Below are positions 1-11,249 of a stretch of DNA of 37,032 nucleotides, one piece after another. Location: NCBI GenBank assembly GCA_031763465.1, contig JARFOE010000121.1:1488023-1525054 (forward strand), in the 5' to 3' direction. The DNA is from Squatina squatina. Lineage: Eukaryota. A program made the translations under genes and the position numbers. Below the pieces are notes generated by a model, which saw only the letters and a list, made by a program, of their open reading frames with translations, had not been told where the DNA came from and ran no database searches. The stretch's first letter is position 1, and every line of letters begins with the position of its first letter.

Positions 1-356
1 AAACCTGCTCTAATTATGCCCCAACATTTAATCCTCGGGCTAATGTCGTCTAGCGACAAGTGAGTAGAGCACAATATTAGTTGTATCTTGCACTGAAAGT
101 TGCTGGTGGTACAAAACAAAGTAAATATCAGAAATAAAACCCTAAAACTTTGCAAAACAATAACTGCTATCCTGAAATGACTTCCACGCTTGAGTCTAAT
201 CTTAGGCCAAGGCTCAAGGGATGGATATAAACCACGTGATTAATGACTCCACCCAAATCTACCAATTGGATTGTTGCTTTATCACTCCCAGGTATAAATT
301 CTGTAAAATGTTTGGTTATGTTTGCTTTTAGCTGTGTTAATATATTTTTTTGACAG

Positions 357-509
357 ATACCTGCATTCATCAATGATAATATATCGGGATATGAAGCCTC
401 ACAATGTTCTGCTGTTCAACTTGAATCCAAACTCAGCTATAATTGCCAAAATTGCTGATTATGGCATTGCTCAGTACTGCTGCAGAATGGGAATTAAGAG
501 CTCTGAGGG
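357..509 (+). CDS. LRRK2: LRRK2 kinase-domain exon (equivalent to human exon 41), 3' end lost in gap
   Basis: Acceptor ttttttgacag|; encodes [51 protein letters not shown], near-identical to human LRRK2 [51 protein letters not shown]; DYG motif at 457-465. Confidence 0.97.
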
Positions 510-815
510 NNNNNNNNNNNNNNNNNNNNNNNNNNNNNNNNNNNNNNNNNNNNNNNNNNNNNNNNNNNNNNNNNNNNNNNNNNNNNNNNNNNNNNNNNNN
601 NNNNNNNNNCCCAGTCTGCGCATGCCTTGGTCCCACAGCTAAATTACAGGGACAAAATTTTTGGCAGATATCTAAAACTGGCATTAGGCCACTTCTAGAT
701 GTTAATTTGGGGCCTGTTGAAGGAACCCTTGAGAAATTAGTTCCCGATCAGTTCTCAGGATTCTTCAGTGGCCCACTTGCTTAAATTGGGACTAAGAGCT
801 GACTGCAAAGAGAAA

Positions 816-1577
816 GGGCGCGAAATTTACCTGTGTTGTTTCGGAGTGCTAATGAGACAGGAGCTGGCATTTCCTACGCCGGCTCCACCCCACCCCGCCG
901 CTTCAGAATTTGCTGTTCCAGGGCGGGAACGAGGTGCAGTGATGCCGGCCTTATTCCCGTGTGGAACTGGGGCAGCTAGCCGGGGATGTCGCTAGTGTGG
1001 CCTCAGCACCACGCTAGCGATGTTAGCTGCGCCACATCAGCGTTGCTGCCTGCTGATGTCAGACGCAGCGCACTGACGTCAGCCGCTCGGCCTGGTCTCC
1101 CTTAAAGGGGAAGGCCGCCGGCCATCCTGACGGCGCCCCACAGCCCACCAGGGACGGCGGCGATCGGAACACCAGCCTGGCATGCCAGGCGACGTGCCAG
1201 ACGAGGAGGTGGTGGCCCAATCGGCCCGTGGGCCACCATCAGTCAGCCGACATGAGAGTCGGTCAACAAATAAAGATGGCGGCCGCAGGCGCACAGGCCC
1301 TCCCGTTTAAGAGGGCCGTTGCAGCGAACCAATGAATTCCACCTGAGTGACGTAAACGGAGCGCAAAGGGGGCGCAGCTGGTTGGCACGCGCCTTTATGA
1401 TGTCACGCACCGACTCGCCGCAACCTTCGCCGAGCCAGGCATAAAGGGCTTTGCGCCACAGGTGAATTCCCCGGGAGGCGAGATGGCCACCTCCCGGCGC
1501 CATTTTTTTCCTGTTTCGCCCTGTTAGCGCCCCTTGGAGGCGCTAACGGGACGCAACAGGAGCTGAATTTCTAACCC
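816..1577. mobile_element. GC-rich non-autonomous PIF/Harbinger-type element (MITE-like)
   Basis: GC/CpG-rich block in an AT-rich intron; imperfect terminal inverted repeats GGGCGCGAAATTTACCTGTGTTG and (reverse complement) GGGTTAGAAATTCAGCTCCTGTTG, followed by TAA; internal CCTTAAAGGGGAAGG recurs inverted near 24735. Confidence 0.6.
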
Positions 1578-1604
1578 TAAGTATTTTCTGTTTTTAGTTC
1601 TTTT

Positions 1605-1805
1605 ATACACTGTATGTGACTCCAGTCCCACACCAACGTGGTTTGCTCTTATCTGCCCTCTGAAGTGGCCGAGCAAGCCATTCAGTTGTATCAAAAACTG
1701 CTGTCATGGTTCAAGAAGGCGGCCCACCACCACCTTCTCAGGTCTACGAGGGATGGGCAAAAATACGCCGCCCTTGCCAGTGACATCCACATTCCAAAAA
1801 TGAAT
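1605..1805 (+). mobile_element. LINE 3' end fragment of a type common in shark genomes
   Basis: Contains TTCAAGAAGGCGGCCCACCACCACCTTCTCA...GGGATGGGCAA...GCCAGTGACATCCACATTCC...ATGAAT, recognised as a recurrent chondrichthyan LINE 3' UTR/tail. Confidence 0.6.
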
Positions 1806-2790
1806 TGACAAAAATTTTGGCCTGCACTTTGAATAGAATCTATGAATATCAACCCCACCCCACCCCTGGAATGCATCTGCATTTATCCTGTTCCTCATCT
1901 ACCATCAAGAAAGACATTTGAGAAATAAATTGTATAGTTGCATTATAGCTGTAACAAAATCTGGTTAGATTTAGTTTAATTTATGTGGAGAACGTGATTT
2001 CAAGCAGCTGAAAAATTATCAGCTGCTAAATAAAATTAGTTCTGCCAACGAATAATTGGTTTTAATTGCTGTTTTTAGTTTGTGGGCAGTTACCAATTAT
2101 CGCACTGTCATTAAATGTGTGCTATTGATATAACCCCGTGTTAACAGTTCCCATTCTGCAGGCAAGACCAAAAAATTATTGTCCATTTGGAAATTTTAAT
2201 CAGGCCTGCAGAAGGAGTGAGAACCCATCAAGCTTTATTCATTTTTATTTAGGCAGAAGTGGATGGGGTGGGTGGCAGTGGGGGTGAGGCAGGGGAAGGG
2301 AAACAACAAATTGTAGGAGAGGGAGAACCAGCTACAAGCCACAAGAGGGAGAAACAAAAATCTAAGCAGGCGTTAAGCAGCCAGACAAAATACAAATCAA
2401 AATGACAGATGGCATAACAGCAAACTCCTTATGTATCCATCATGTGTATATATGAAAAAAATATGGTGCATCAAGAAAACGTTTTATCTGTCACATCACA
2501 ATTTTTGTATTAAGCCTCAGGCATCATGCTGATGGTGAGTTTCAAATCGTGAAAAAGCACATCACCGAATGCAGGTATCCCTCACCTTGAGCACAAAATG
2601 AATTCCCTCAAACTGTTAAAACTTGCTGTGCTAGGCATCGGGTAAGAAAAGTAATACTGTAAATGTTTTTAAGGGACAGAAATGCTTATCTGGAATAGCA
2701 ATGAATAAAATGGGTCCTATTCACTTTGCTTCCCCAGATCACCATTCATTTAATATGCCTTTTATTCTAAATTCTTTGATCCTTGTGTAG

Positions 2791-2984
2791 GACATTGATG
2801 ATAACCGCATTTTGTGCCTGGCACTGGTATGTGTGATTGGTGAACAAGTTAACTGGGTTGTTGCTGGCACTCAGTCTGGACATTTGTGGGTAGTCAGCAC
2901 AGAGAATGTAAAATCTGTTCATCAACTTCGCAAGATGTCGGATTCTATTACCTGTTTGTTCTTCACCTATCATTATAAACATAG
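2791..2984 (+). CDS. LRRK2: LRRK2 WD40-domain exon (equivalent to human exon 45)
   Basis: gtgtag| ... |gtaagc, 194 nt; DIDDNRILCLALVCVIGEQVNWVVAGTQSGHLWVVSTENVKSVHQLRKMSDSITCLFFTYHYKH aligns to human EVADSRILCLALVHLPVEKESWIVSGTQSGTLLVINTEDGKKRHTLEKMTDSVTCLYCNSFSKQ. Confidence 0.93.
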
Positions 2985-3425
2985 GTAAGCATGTATTAAG
3001 CACCTTCTAGTGCATAGCATTGATATTTTTAAAATGTTAAACAACATAAAGGATTTAATTGATTACTGTGGTACTTTTTCCTATTCAGGCACTATATTGA
3101 TCAAAATCTAGGATTTCAAAGCAGAAGCTAAATTTACAGCTGATTTTTTCCAGTCTCCTGTTTATTGGTTTTGTTATGATTATAGCAGGATAGATTGATG
3201 TCTGGGTATTCATTCAAATCTAGATTTAGTTTGCTGGGTCTTGCACAGGAGTCATTAAAGACAACAGTCTACTGGAGGAGATTGCAGCTGGATCAACATA
3301 TAATCTCAACACTTTTTAGTTAAGTGTGGATAGCAATTTTTTAATGAAGTTATAGTCTGATCCCCTAAAGTTATGCAGTTGTCAGTGGTCTAGCACCTCA
3401 GTCATTTGAAAGTCAATTGATTATA

Positions 3426-4527
3426 CAGTAAAACCTGTACAAACAGACACCCCCAAAATACGGACACCTGCAAAAAAAAAAGACTCTCTTTGACAATCCC
3501 AAATAACATATTATAATTGATACAAACTGCCCCTTGAAACCATGGATGCACGCAAATTACAAACTACAGACAACCTTCAAATCACCAATTCAGTTTGCAA
3601 CTGATAACACTGGACACACAGGTAAGTGCAAGATGGCAATGGGTGAAAAAAATGGCTTTCTCTCCCAGGGACTGAATGCTTGCACAGTTCTATGCCAGAG
3701 ATAGAGAGGTTTCTCTGCCGCTATGGATGCTGGATAAAGAACTCTCAATTTGACAAATGCCGTTTCTTTCACAAAGCCCCCGCCGCATCGTGTTGACCTG
3801 CATGCACTCGACACCAGCCTGGAGAAACGCACGTGAACAGAGAGCTGTCGTTTCCTGCCCCAGCATAGCATCCGTATGCTCTTTCAGCGCCTGCTGGCAG
3901 CTCCTCTCCCCCTGATGCTGCCATCGTCGTCTTTCTCTTGGCTTCTGATGGTGGATCCACTTCATTTGAGGAGCTTTCGTTTTGGGGAGGGAAGGTGAAT
4001 AGCTGTCCCAGGTCTCTGTTTCTGCTCTGTAGAGTGATGGACAGATCGGAAGTGTCCCAGCTATCAGTCAGTCTTCCAGTAGGCTTGCTGCTCAAACAGA
4101 AAACTGCAGTTTCACTTTTATACATAAGGTGATCTGTTGTGGTTTCCTTCCCAAATGCTCTAAGACTTGGCTTTGGAAGCTTCAATATACTGCCACAACC
4201 TGTCCTCAGATTTCCCCTTTTCTTTTGTCCTGTGACTTCCTGAATGCTGGTAAGTACAACTGAGAAACTTGGTTCATTACTGAAGTTACACTCCACGTGA
4301 GAACGGTTTGAAATAAAGCAAGAATTTAGACTGCAGAACTGAACACTGGTGTTTGGGAGGGGCATTCTTAGCATTGTTGTAGCTGATTAGGTGCTGATCA
4401 TAATCTCAGCTGGTTCCTTTGATTGTCAGGAAAGTTTTTACAGTACATTGAGCATTTTGGAAAATAAGGACACCTGCTAAAACAAAACTGATGCCGGTCT
4501 CTAGTGTCTAATTTACAGGTTTCACTG
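3426..4527. mobile_element. Non-autonomous pogo/Tigger-type (Tc1/mariner superfamily) DNA transposon
   Basis: TIRs CAGTAAAACCTGTACAAACAGACAC (3426-3450) and reverse complement CAGTGAAACCTGTAAATTAGACAC (4504-4527); TA target-site duplication at 3424-3425 and 4528-4529; subterminal repeat AAAATA(C/A)GGACACCTGC near both ends. Confidence 0.8.
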
Positions 4528-6679
4528 TACTATTGAAATGCAGTCTTTATACTTTGAATATCAGCATCTTGCAAAAGTACCTTTTTAGATTTGTGATCCC
4601 TGTAACTTTTGTGACCTTAAAATGCCATGGATAGCTATTGGTGTTTTGAGTGTTTTTAATCAGCATTAACTTACCAACTGAATAAAAAGGAATTCTTCAT
4701 TTCACCTGCATTTTCCCGATTTATTCACAGATTAAAAACACCTACATCAGATGCTAAAGTTGCCATAACGATCAAGTTTAACTGATCTTGTGCTCAAAAA
4801 CTGCAGTTAAAGGAGCTATGATGATTGAACTTACTCAGAATATTCACTTGTCTATCCCTTTGTTGGGAAATACTTTTTTAAAGCTTTAAATGTAGTGCAA
4901 TTGCCAAACATTTATTTTCCCCTCCATAATCTTCAACTCTTTATAAAACCTGTCTATTAATACTCTAAAACCCCTCATTGGCCAGTATATTAAAAAAATT
5001 AATTATCAATCCTCTCCATGTAATAGTTCAGAAAAGCACTGACTTCTCCTTTCTAATATGCTGCAGCTATGCTGTTTGACATGGTCCTGTTCCTCCCATT
5101 TCTTTTATGTTGAAATCATGACTCAATGTGCAGTTCCATCTCTAACTCAAAACTTCAGAACTTTTCCTCCTCCAATCTTTGTTTTACCTAATCTTCACAC
5201 CCAGTGAGCATCCTATACAATGGAACCTGGCCCTTTACATTGGTTTCTCAAACACGCATTCACCTTACAAGACCAAATATAGTAGTGAACTTATTTTAAT
5301 AATTTTAAGGTTTTTTTTCTCCTTTCACATACTGAACCCCTCAATCCCTTTTGCATCTGAATTGTAATGCCCACTTTGCTGAGAGTCCAGACCAACACTA
5401 CTGGTGGACTTGTCCTGTGCAGGCCAAATTTTAAGCGACATTTTCTTTGTGCAGGGTTTCCTCTAGCATCTGGGAGTCCTGGGACGTACTTCCCTTCCTT
5501 CCTTCCTCCCACCAACAGAATGAAGTTCACTGAAAGAAGAACTCAAAAGTCTGTTCTGGATGCATCCAAAACGTTAGTTATAGGGTTGTTATAATAATGG
5601 ATTCTTGAAACAAATCTAGATTAATGGTCATCGTCTGAGCAGGATAGCTCCTTTTAACTGTTAGTGCCGTGAATATGTACCTTTTTTAAATTGTAGGAGC
5701 ATTTGTCTTTGTCCTAGGGAAATGGAGCTTTTTCCTTTTTGTACTTAATCTAAAATTTGTGGTGGGTTAACTTGCTTTCATTAAAATGTTTTGCAGTGGA
5801 ACCTTATCTACTCTACTAAAGGCAAATGTTTGGCTATTTAGTGTTGACTTGGGTGTTGAAACCAAGTTGTTGTATGATATTTCCAATACAGCATTTATTA
5901 TGCTCAGTGATATGAAATAATGGTTCGAAGTCAATCAAAAGGGAGACATTTTTACTGATATGATCAAATGTACTTTTAATTGTAAATGCTAGTTTTCCTT
6001 TAAAATATTTAAAAAGAAAGGAATGTATAAACGTAGGTAAATAAACTAAACTAACATGATCAGATTAAAAAATAGTTGAAAACTAGCTTGGCCCTTTTGA
6101 ATGCGACTGTGCGTTTTCCAATGAGGCAGATTTACAAATCATTAACTTTCACTTGTGTTTGCCCAGCGCAAGTACCATCAAAACCTTTGAACTCCTTCCT
6201 TTTCGTTGCCTCAGTGTGATGATTGGACTGTTTCTATGCACTGCTGATTATTTCCTGTGCTCCCACAGGAAAGTTGGGGTTTGTCTCTTGCCCTGCTGTA
6301 CACAGACACAAAAGGAAGCACACCAAGGGAAAGAATTAATTAAAAGCCACAGAAATCGAGGGAGAAACTTGAGATCAGATCAGAAAATGGAAAGCAGAAA
6401 GTACTCCTGAGAGGGGGAACTACTGAGATGAGCATCACAAGGCCTTAGACCCATTGGGATAGATGGTCTTTATGAAATAGGCATTAAGCGTCACCTGGTT
6501 GGAGCCCATAGGGAAAATCTGGTGGGAGAGGGTTGTATCCCCACTNNNNNNNNNNNNNNNNNNNNNNNNNNNNNNNNNNNNNNNNNNNNNNNNNNNNNNN
6601 NNNNNNNNNNNNNNNNNNNNNNNNNNNNNNNNNNNNNNNNNNNNNTTACTGATGCTGAGCATATTTCTTCTTTGTTTAG

Positions 6680-6757
6680 AAAAGGGATACCATCACACTG
6701 TCATGTTGATCCTAGGAAATGTCTCTAAGGATTATGAAAACAACAAATGGCAGAGTG
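6680..6757 (+). CDS. LRRK2: LRRK2 penultimate exon (equivalent to human exon 50)
   Basis: tttgtttag| ... |gtatgt, 78 nt, phase 1-1; KGYHHTVMLILGNVSKDYENNKWQS vs human GSLKNVMLVLGYNRKNTEGTQKQK; phase-compatible with the terminal exon. Confidence 0.8.
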
Positions 6758-7095
6758 GTATGTTCATTTTCTGAATATTTTGTTGTCATAGTTGAAGTGA
6801 ACAGAACTTGTGTATTTAATAAATGAATAAATTAACTTTCAGCTTCTGCACACCTACAGTTGTATAATTAAGTGAAGATTTTCATACAAAATATTGCAGA
6901 GATTTACATAGTTAAATGTGAAAATAAATTGAATTTCAAGATATAATTCTACACTACCAAATTCATACATTTACAGTGTTAATTATTGACCCAAAGCCTA
7001 CAAGCTTCATAGTGCACAGATTGGATATTAGCAATAACTGATTCAAACTCGAACTGTTTCTTGATACTTCATCTACTTTTAATTGCACGTTTCAG

Positions 7096-7217
7096 AATTG
7101 CAACCGCAGCTGTTTGTTTGGGACATGAACCTTCCTTATGAGATCCAGAACCTGAAGAAGCACACTGATATGAGAAGAGAAATAACTGAAAAAATGAGGA
7201 CTGGTTCATTGGAATGA
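7096..7217 (+). CDS. LRRK2: LRRK2 terminal coding exon (C-terminal helix) with stop codon
   Basis: Acceptor gtttcag|; (E)LQPQLFVWDMNLPYEIQNLKKHTDMRREITEKMRTGSLE* vs human EIQSCLTVWDINLPHEVQNLEKHIEVRKELAEKMRRTSVE*; TGA at 7215-7217. Confidence 0.95.
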
Positions 7218-7569
7218 TTGCACATGGGCAAATACATATGTGTATATTTTCTTCAATTAATTTAATGTCTTTGTGTTTATTGAAGATATTAAATGGTAAA
7301 CCTAACATTTCAGCATTCTAGTTAAGTCATAAAAGGCAGTTTTAATATAAAATTTATACTGCGTTTTTAATATGGGATATTGCTCACAAAGGAGCCACAA
7401 TACTCCCATGCTTGTCCCATCATGGAAACCCCTCTGTAGAGATTGAAACTAGACGTTTTGACTAAGTATGCTATTGGTCCAGCAATCATATATTTTTGTT
7501 ACCTGTCATGAAGTTAGTTTAAATCTCTAGATTGCTGAACTTTTGCACTTGTAATATTGCAAGAATATA

Positions 7570-7575
7570 AATAAA
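7570..7575 (+). promoter_or_regulatory. Candidate LRRK2 polyadenylation signal
   Basis: AATAAA about 350 nt after the LRRK2 stop; motif only. Confidence 0.3.
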
Positions 7576-8233
7576 TTTAGATTTTTGGATACTTGCCTAA
7601 CTTGATTGATTTGCCAGCACAAAGTGATGTTGGGAGAGTTAGAAGTTGATGGTTTGGTGCACCGTTTTCTGTGTTGGCAGTTAAGTGCTACACTGGCTGG
7701 CAATACGAGAGCACTGATTTTCGGATCCAAGAACAAACCAGTCGGAGGTCACCAAGGTGGGATTTGTGCCCACCCAATTGGCTCGTTACGGACACCTCAG
7801 GAATTTTGGGGGTTTGCTGAATTACAATAAGCTATGAATGTTCATGATCAGCTATTGGGAATGATGATAGGAGCTCACCAAGGAGAGTGGTTCAGGATAT
7901 CATGTCCTTAAAAGGCTAATCACAACAATGGCAACCGAAGAGATGGCCATCTACTCTTGATGTAGGGGCAAAAATGTGGCTGCCTTTAAAATGGCTGTAA
8001 ATGCTTTTCAAACATATTTGAGCTACTCACCCCCACATAGACACGTTTGCAGCAAAAAAATGTAGCTGATGATGCCCAGTGACTGATACAGTAAAAAGGA
8101 GTCTGAGGGTTGGTAATTGAGTGGCAGGGCATATGTTTGATGACTGTTAAGGTGGAAGTGCTACTGCATGAGGTATGTGCTATGAGAGTTGCCTTGTTTG
8201 GCACTCGAGGGCACTTTCCACAGAAGACAACAT

Positions 8234-8333
8234 GCCTGGCAAGAGGTGGGAGCCAAGTTCAACACTGTACGCACTAACCCCAGTACCTGGTAACCGAGTC
8301 AAGAAAATGGAACACCTTATAAAAGCTGCCAAG
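8234..8333 (+). pseudogene. Decayed Myb/SANT-like (Harbinger second-ORF type) exon remnant
   Basis: AWQEVGAKFNTVRTNPSTW* then frameshifted RVKKMEHLIKAAK|gtaag resembles the trihelix motif AWxEVAxxVNAxxxxPRTWxQCRKKWNDLxRxAK. Confidence 0.55.
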
Positions 8334-9440
8334 GTAAGACTAAATAATAGTTCCATTGATCACGTGCTTATGCCTCCCACAAAGTATTACCAAGTAGCTT
8401 GTTGCACATGTACTGCTGCCCCATGCAAGCTCTCTGAAAACCTTAGTTCTGACATGCATACCCATAAGGCACATATTTTAGCTGTAAACTATTGCAAAAA
8501 GACTAGCACATCAATGGACTTTACACATAAAACACAACCTAGCGTCAAGGTGCCCATGATGAGCTGCAGCTTCGGCATATATCTGTCACTATCCATGTGC
8601 TCCTTCAATTTGCAACATACCAGGAGTACTTCTCTGGTTACATGTAAAAATGATATGATAACAAGGAAACAGACCCAAACAGGAGGAAGCTTCAGAAATT
8701 TAAGTTCTTGACTCCCTTGAAGAAGATGACCTTCCACAACCTTCTGTATAAGAACATCCCTTACTTCACACAGGCATACAAATAACATGTAGTTAGTAAA
8801 TTGCAATGCAAGCTCTATTGGAATGTGTCTCTTGGAGGAGACACTGTAACATTCATNNNNNNNNNNNNNNNNNNNNNNNNNNNNNNNNNNNNNNNNNNNN
8901 NNNNNNNNNNNNNNNNNNNNNNNNNNNNNNNNNNNNNNNNNNNNNNNNNNNNNNNNCACACCCATATTGTTCCAGCACATTCCTCACTCGAGCCCTGTAG
9001 ATGGATAAATGTGAGGAATCTGAGCTCCTGTCCCTCAGTCTCGGCCATTGAGGAATTAGCAATGTTTAGCCCATCGTGAGCAGAATAGCTTGTAGGAAGA
9101 AGTTTGAATGGTGAAGTGTTGTTGGCATTTAGGATGATCCCTGAGCTGGAGCCCAGCCCTCTTTTACTTCCCATCTCTAAACTCTCCACGCCGCCCCGCT
9201 ATGTCTTCGGGTCTCTCCCCATCAGTGCCTCTCTTACTCTTCTCCCCCCGGAGTTGTCTCATGCTATCTCCCCCACCTTTCTCAGGGTGTCCCGCCCACT
9301 CCCCTCCTTTATTTGGATGCCTCTTTCTTCTCCCCTCAGCAAGTCATCCAGAAATATCCCACTACTCTCCACACCGAGCTCTTCCTTTTCTTTAATGGCA
9401 ATTCCATATGGCCTGCTCAACAAGCATAACCCCGCTCCGC

Positions 9441-9530
9441 AGTCTGATGGAGAACTATGCCTGAAACATTAACTTGTCTGTTCCCTCCACTGCGCTGACT
9501 TGCTGCAGATTTCCACAATTTTCTGGTTTT
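9441..9530 (+). mobile_element. Degenerate Penelope-like element tail
   Basis: TCTGATGG...CCTGAAACATTAACTTGTCTG...CTGACTTGCTGCAGATTTCCACAATTTTCTG is a decayed version of the tail at 33039-33115, preceded by a pyrimidine-rich tract. Confidence 0.5.
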
Positions 9531-9744
9531 CTTGTAAATCCACTCGCCAGTCCTTGCGTATGCTCTGTGATCGTTTATGCCAGAATTTGCCGTAGGTCCT
9601 TTACAGGGCCAACCACTGGCCTCCCCTGCCTAAATCCATTAGTGCCTGCAGATTTCCCCACGCCTTCTGGATTCACGGAATGCAGAAAACAGACAGAAAA
9701 AGAGTTGGAATAGACAGAATTTTTGGGATGGCAAGTTGTAACTA

Positions 9745-10497
9745 GTGGAGTGTCACATAAACTAGGGCTTGAGCCTCAGCTATCGACAATCTACATTTAC
9801 AATTGGATGAGGGGACAAAGTCTAATATGGCCAAGTTTGCTGACAATACAAAGCTAGGTGGGAAAATAAACTGAGGATACAAAGAAGCTGCAAGGGATTG
9901 GGCAAGGAGGCAGATGGAGCACAATGTGGGAAAATGTGAAATTATCCACTTTGGTCGGAAGAAGAGAAAAGCAGAATATTTTTTAAAAGGTGAGACTGGT
10001 AAATGCTGGGATTCAGAGGGATTTGGGTGTCCTTGTACAGAAGGTTGATATGCAGGTACAAGAAGCAAATAGGAATAGTATGTCAGCCTTTAATGCAAGG
10101 GGGTTGGCGTACACGATAAGGAAGTCTTGCTGCAATTATATAGGGCTTTGGTGAGGCCACACCTAGAATAGTGTACACTTTTGGACTCCTTACCTAAAGG
10201 ATATACTTGCCTTAGTAGGAGGTGCAATAAAAGGTTCACTAGATCGATTCCTGGGATGAAAGCGCTGTCCTGTGAGGTCTATATATTCTTGAGGTTAGAA
10301 GAATGAGAGGAAATCTCATTGAAACATATAAAATTCTTAGACGGCTTGACAGGACAGATGCTGAGACACTGTTTCCCCTGGCTGGAAAGTAAAGAGCTGG
10401 GGGTCAGCCACTGACTTAAGAATTTTTTCTCCACTCAGGAGGGCGGTGAATCTTTGGAATCCTCAACACCAGAGGGCTGTGGATGCTCAGTCATTAC
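9745..10497 (+). mobile_element. CR1-clade LINE, degenerate RT C-terminus and 3' region
   Basis: Decayed LDEGTKSNMAKFADNTKLGG (YINDL...KFADDTKLG), KCEIIHFGRK, LYRALVRPHLE and GNLIETYKIL motifs with frameshifts. Confidence 0.85.
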
Positions 10498-10568
10498 ATA
10501 GAAACATAGAAAATAGGTGCAGGAGTAGGCCATTAGGCCCTTCGAGCCTGCACCGCCATTCAATATGA
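10497..10568 (-). mobile_element. CR1 LINE 3' tail
   Basis: ACATAGAAACATAGAAAATAGGTGCAGGAGTAGGCCATT...CTTCGAGCCTGC is the reverse complement of the CR1 3' end seen at about 15260-15320. Confidence 0.8.
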
Positions 10569-10668
10569 NNNNNNNNNNNNNNNNNNNNNNNNNNNNNNNN
10601 NNNNNNNNNNNNNNNNNNNNNNNNNNNNNNNNNNNNNNNNNNNNNNNNNNNNNNNNNNNNNNNNNNNN

Positions 10669-11249
10669 CAGGCGAAGTTAATTATCAATGTGACTCATCT
10701 CTCTGCTCCAAAAGGACGCCATCCCTGCACCTCTGTCCCGACTCCAACATGAGTGATGCCCCCCATGACCGAATAGTCAAAGTTTTAAAACTCAAAAGTG
10801 TGCATGCAAAACCACTTTTTACAGTAAGTGAAACACTTTTTCTCTTTCAAACAATGCCGACAACCCCATTAAGCAAAAAAAATCACAATTGAAAAAGAAT
10901 AAATTTTTAATGATGATTTTCTTTATAAATAAAACTTTAACATCACTCCGCACCAGATGACAGCGCCCAAAAAAACAGGCGCTGTCACAGCTGAACTTGC
11001 CGGCTGGAAAGGCGGCCGAATTATTCAGCAGGTAGCCATCTTGGGTGCTGCGCCAAATGATGACTCACGCCTGCCGTGTACCGCCGAGCACCGCGTTTCC
11101 AGCGCTCCCGGGCCTACGCTCCTTTAACACCCGGGATCAGAGGACCCTAAAAGGTAAGCGCAGCACTTTACGCTGAAAATTGGCAGTAAGCCGCTAGCGC
11201 CCATTTCACGCTACTTTAGCGCAGGCGTTAGCGGACGAATTGGCTGCCC
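10669..11249. mobile_element. Right part of a GC-rich Harbinger-type MITE
   Basis: CpG-rich block with repeated TAGCGC motifs, ending GAATTGGCTGCCC like other elements in the window. Confidence 0.45.

Noticed and set aside
816-1577. CpG-island promoter inside LRRK2
   Set aside because: Bounded by inverted termini and related to another block at 24616-24960; better explained as a transposon
2985-6545. Search for LRRK2 exons equivalent to human 46-49 (and 42-44 in 610-2790)
   Set aside because: Not found in visible sequence; most simply they lie in the unsized gaps, so exon loss is not claimed
8175-8711. 178-aa ORF downstream of LRRK2
   Set aside because: No recognisable domain across its length; only a short frameshifted SANT-like relic overlaps it
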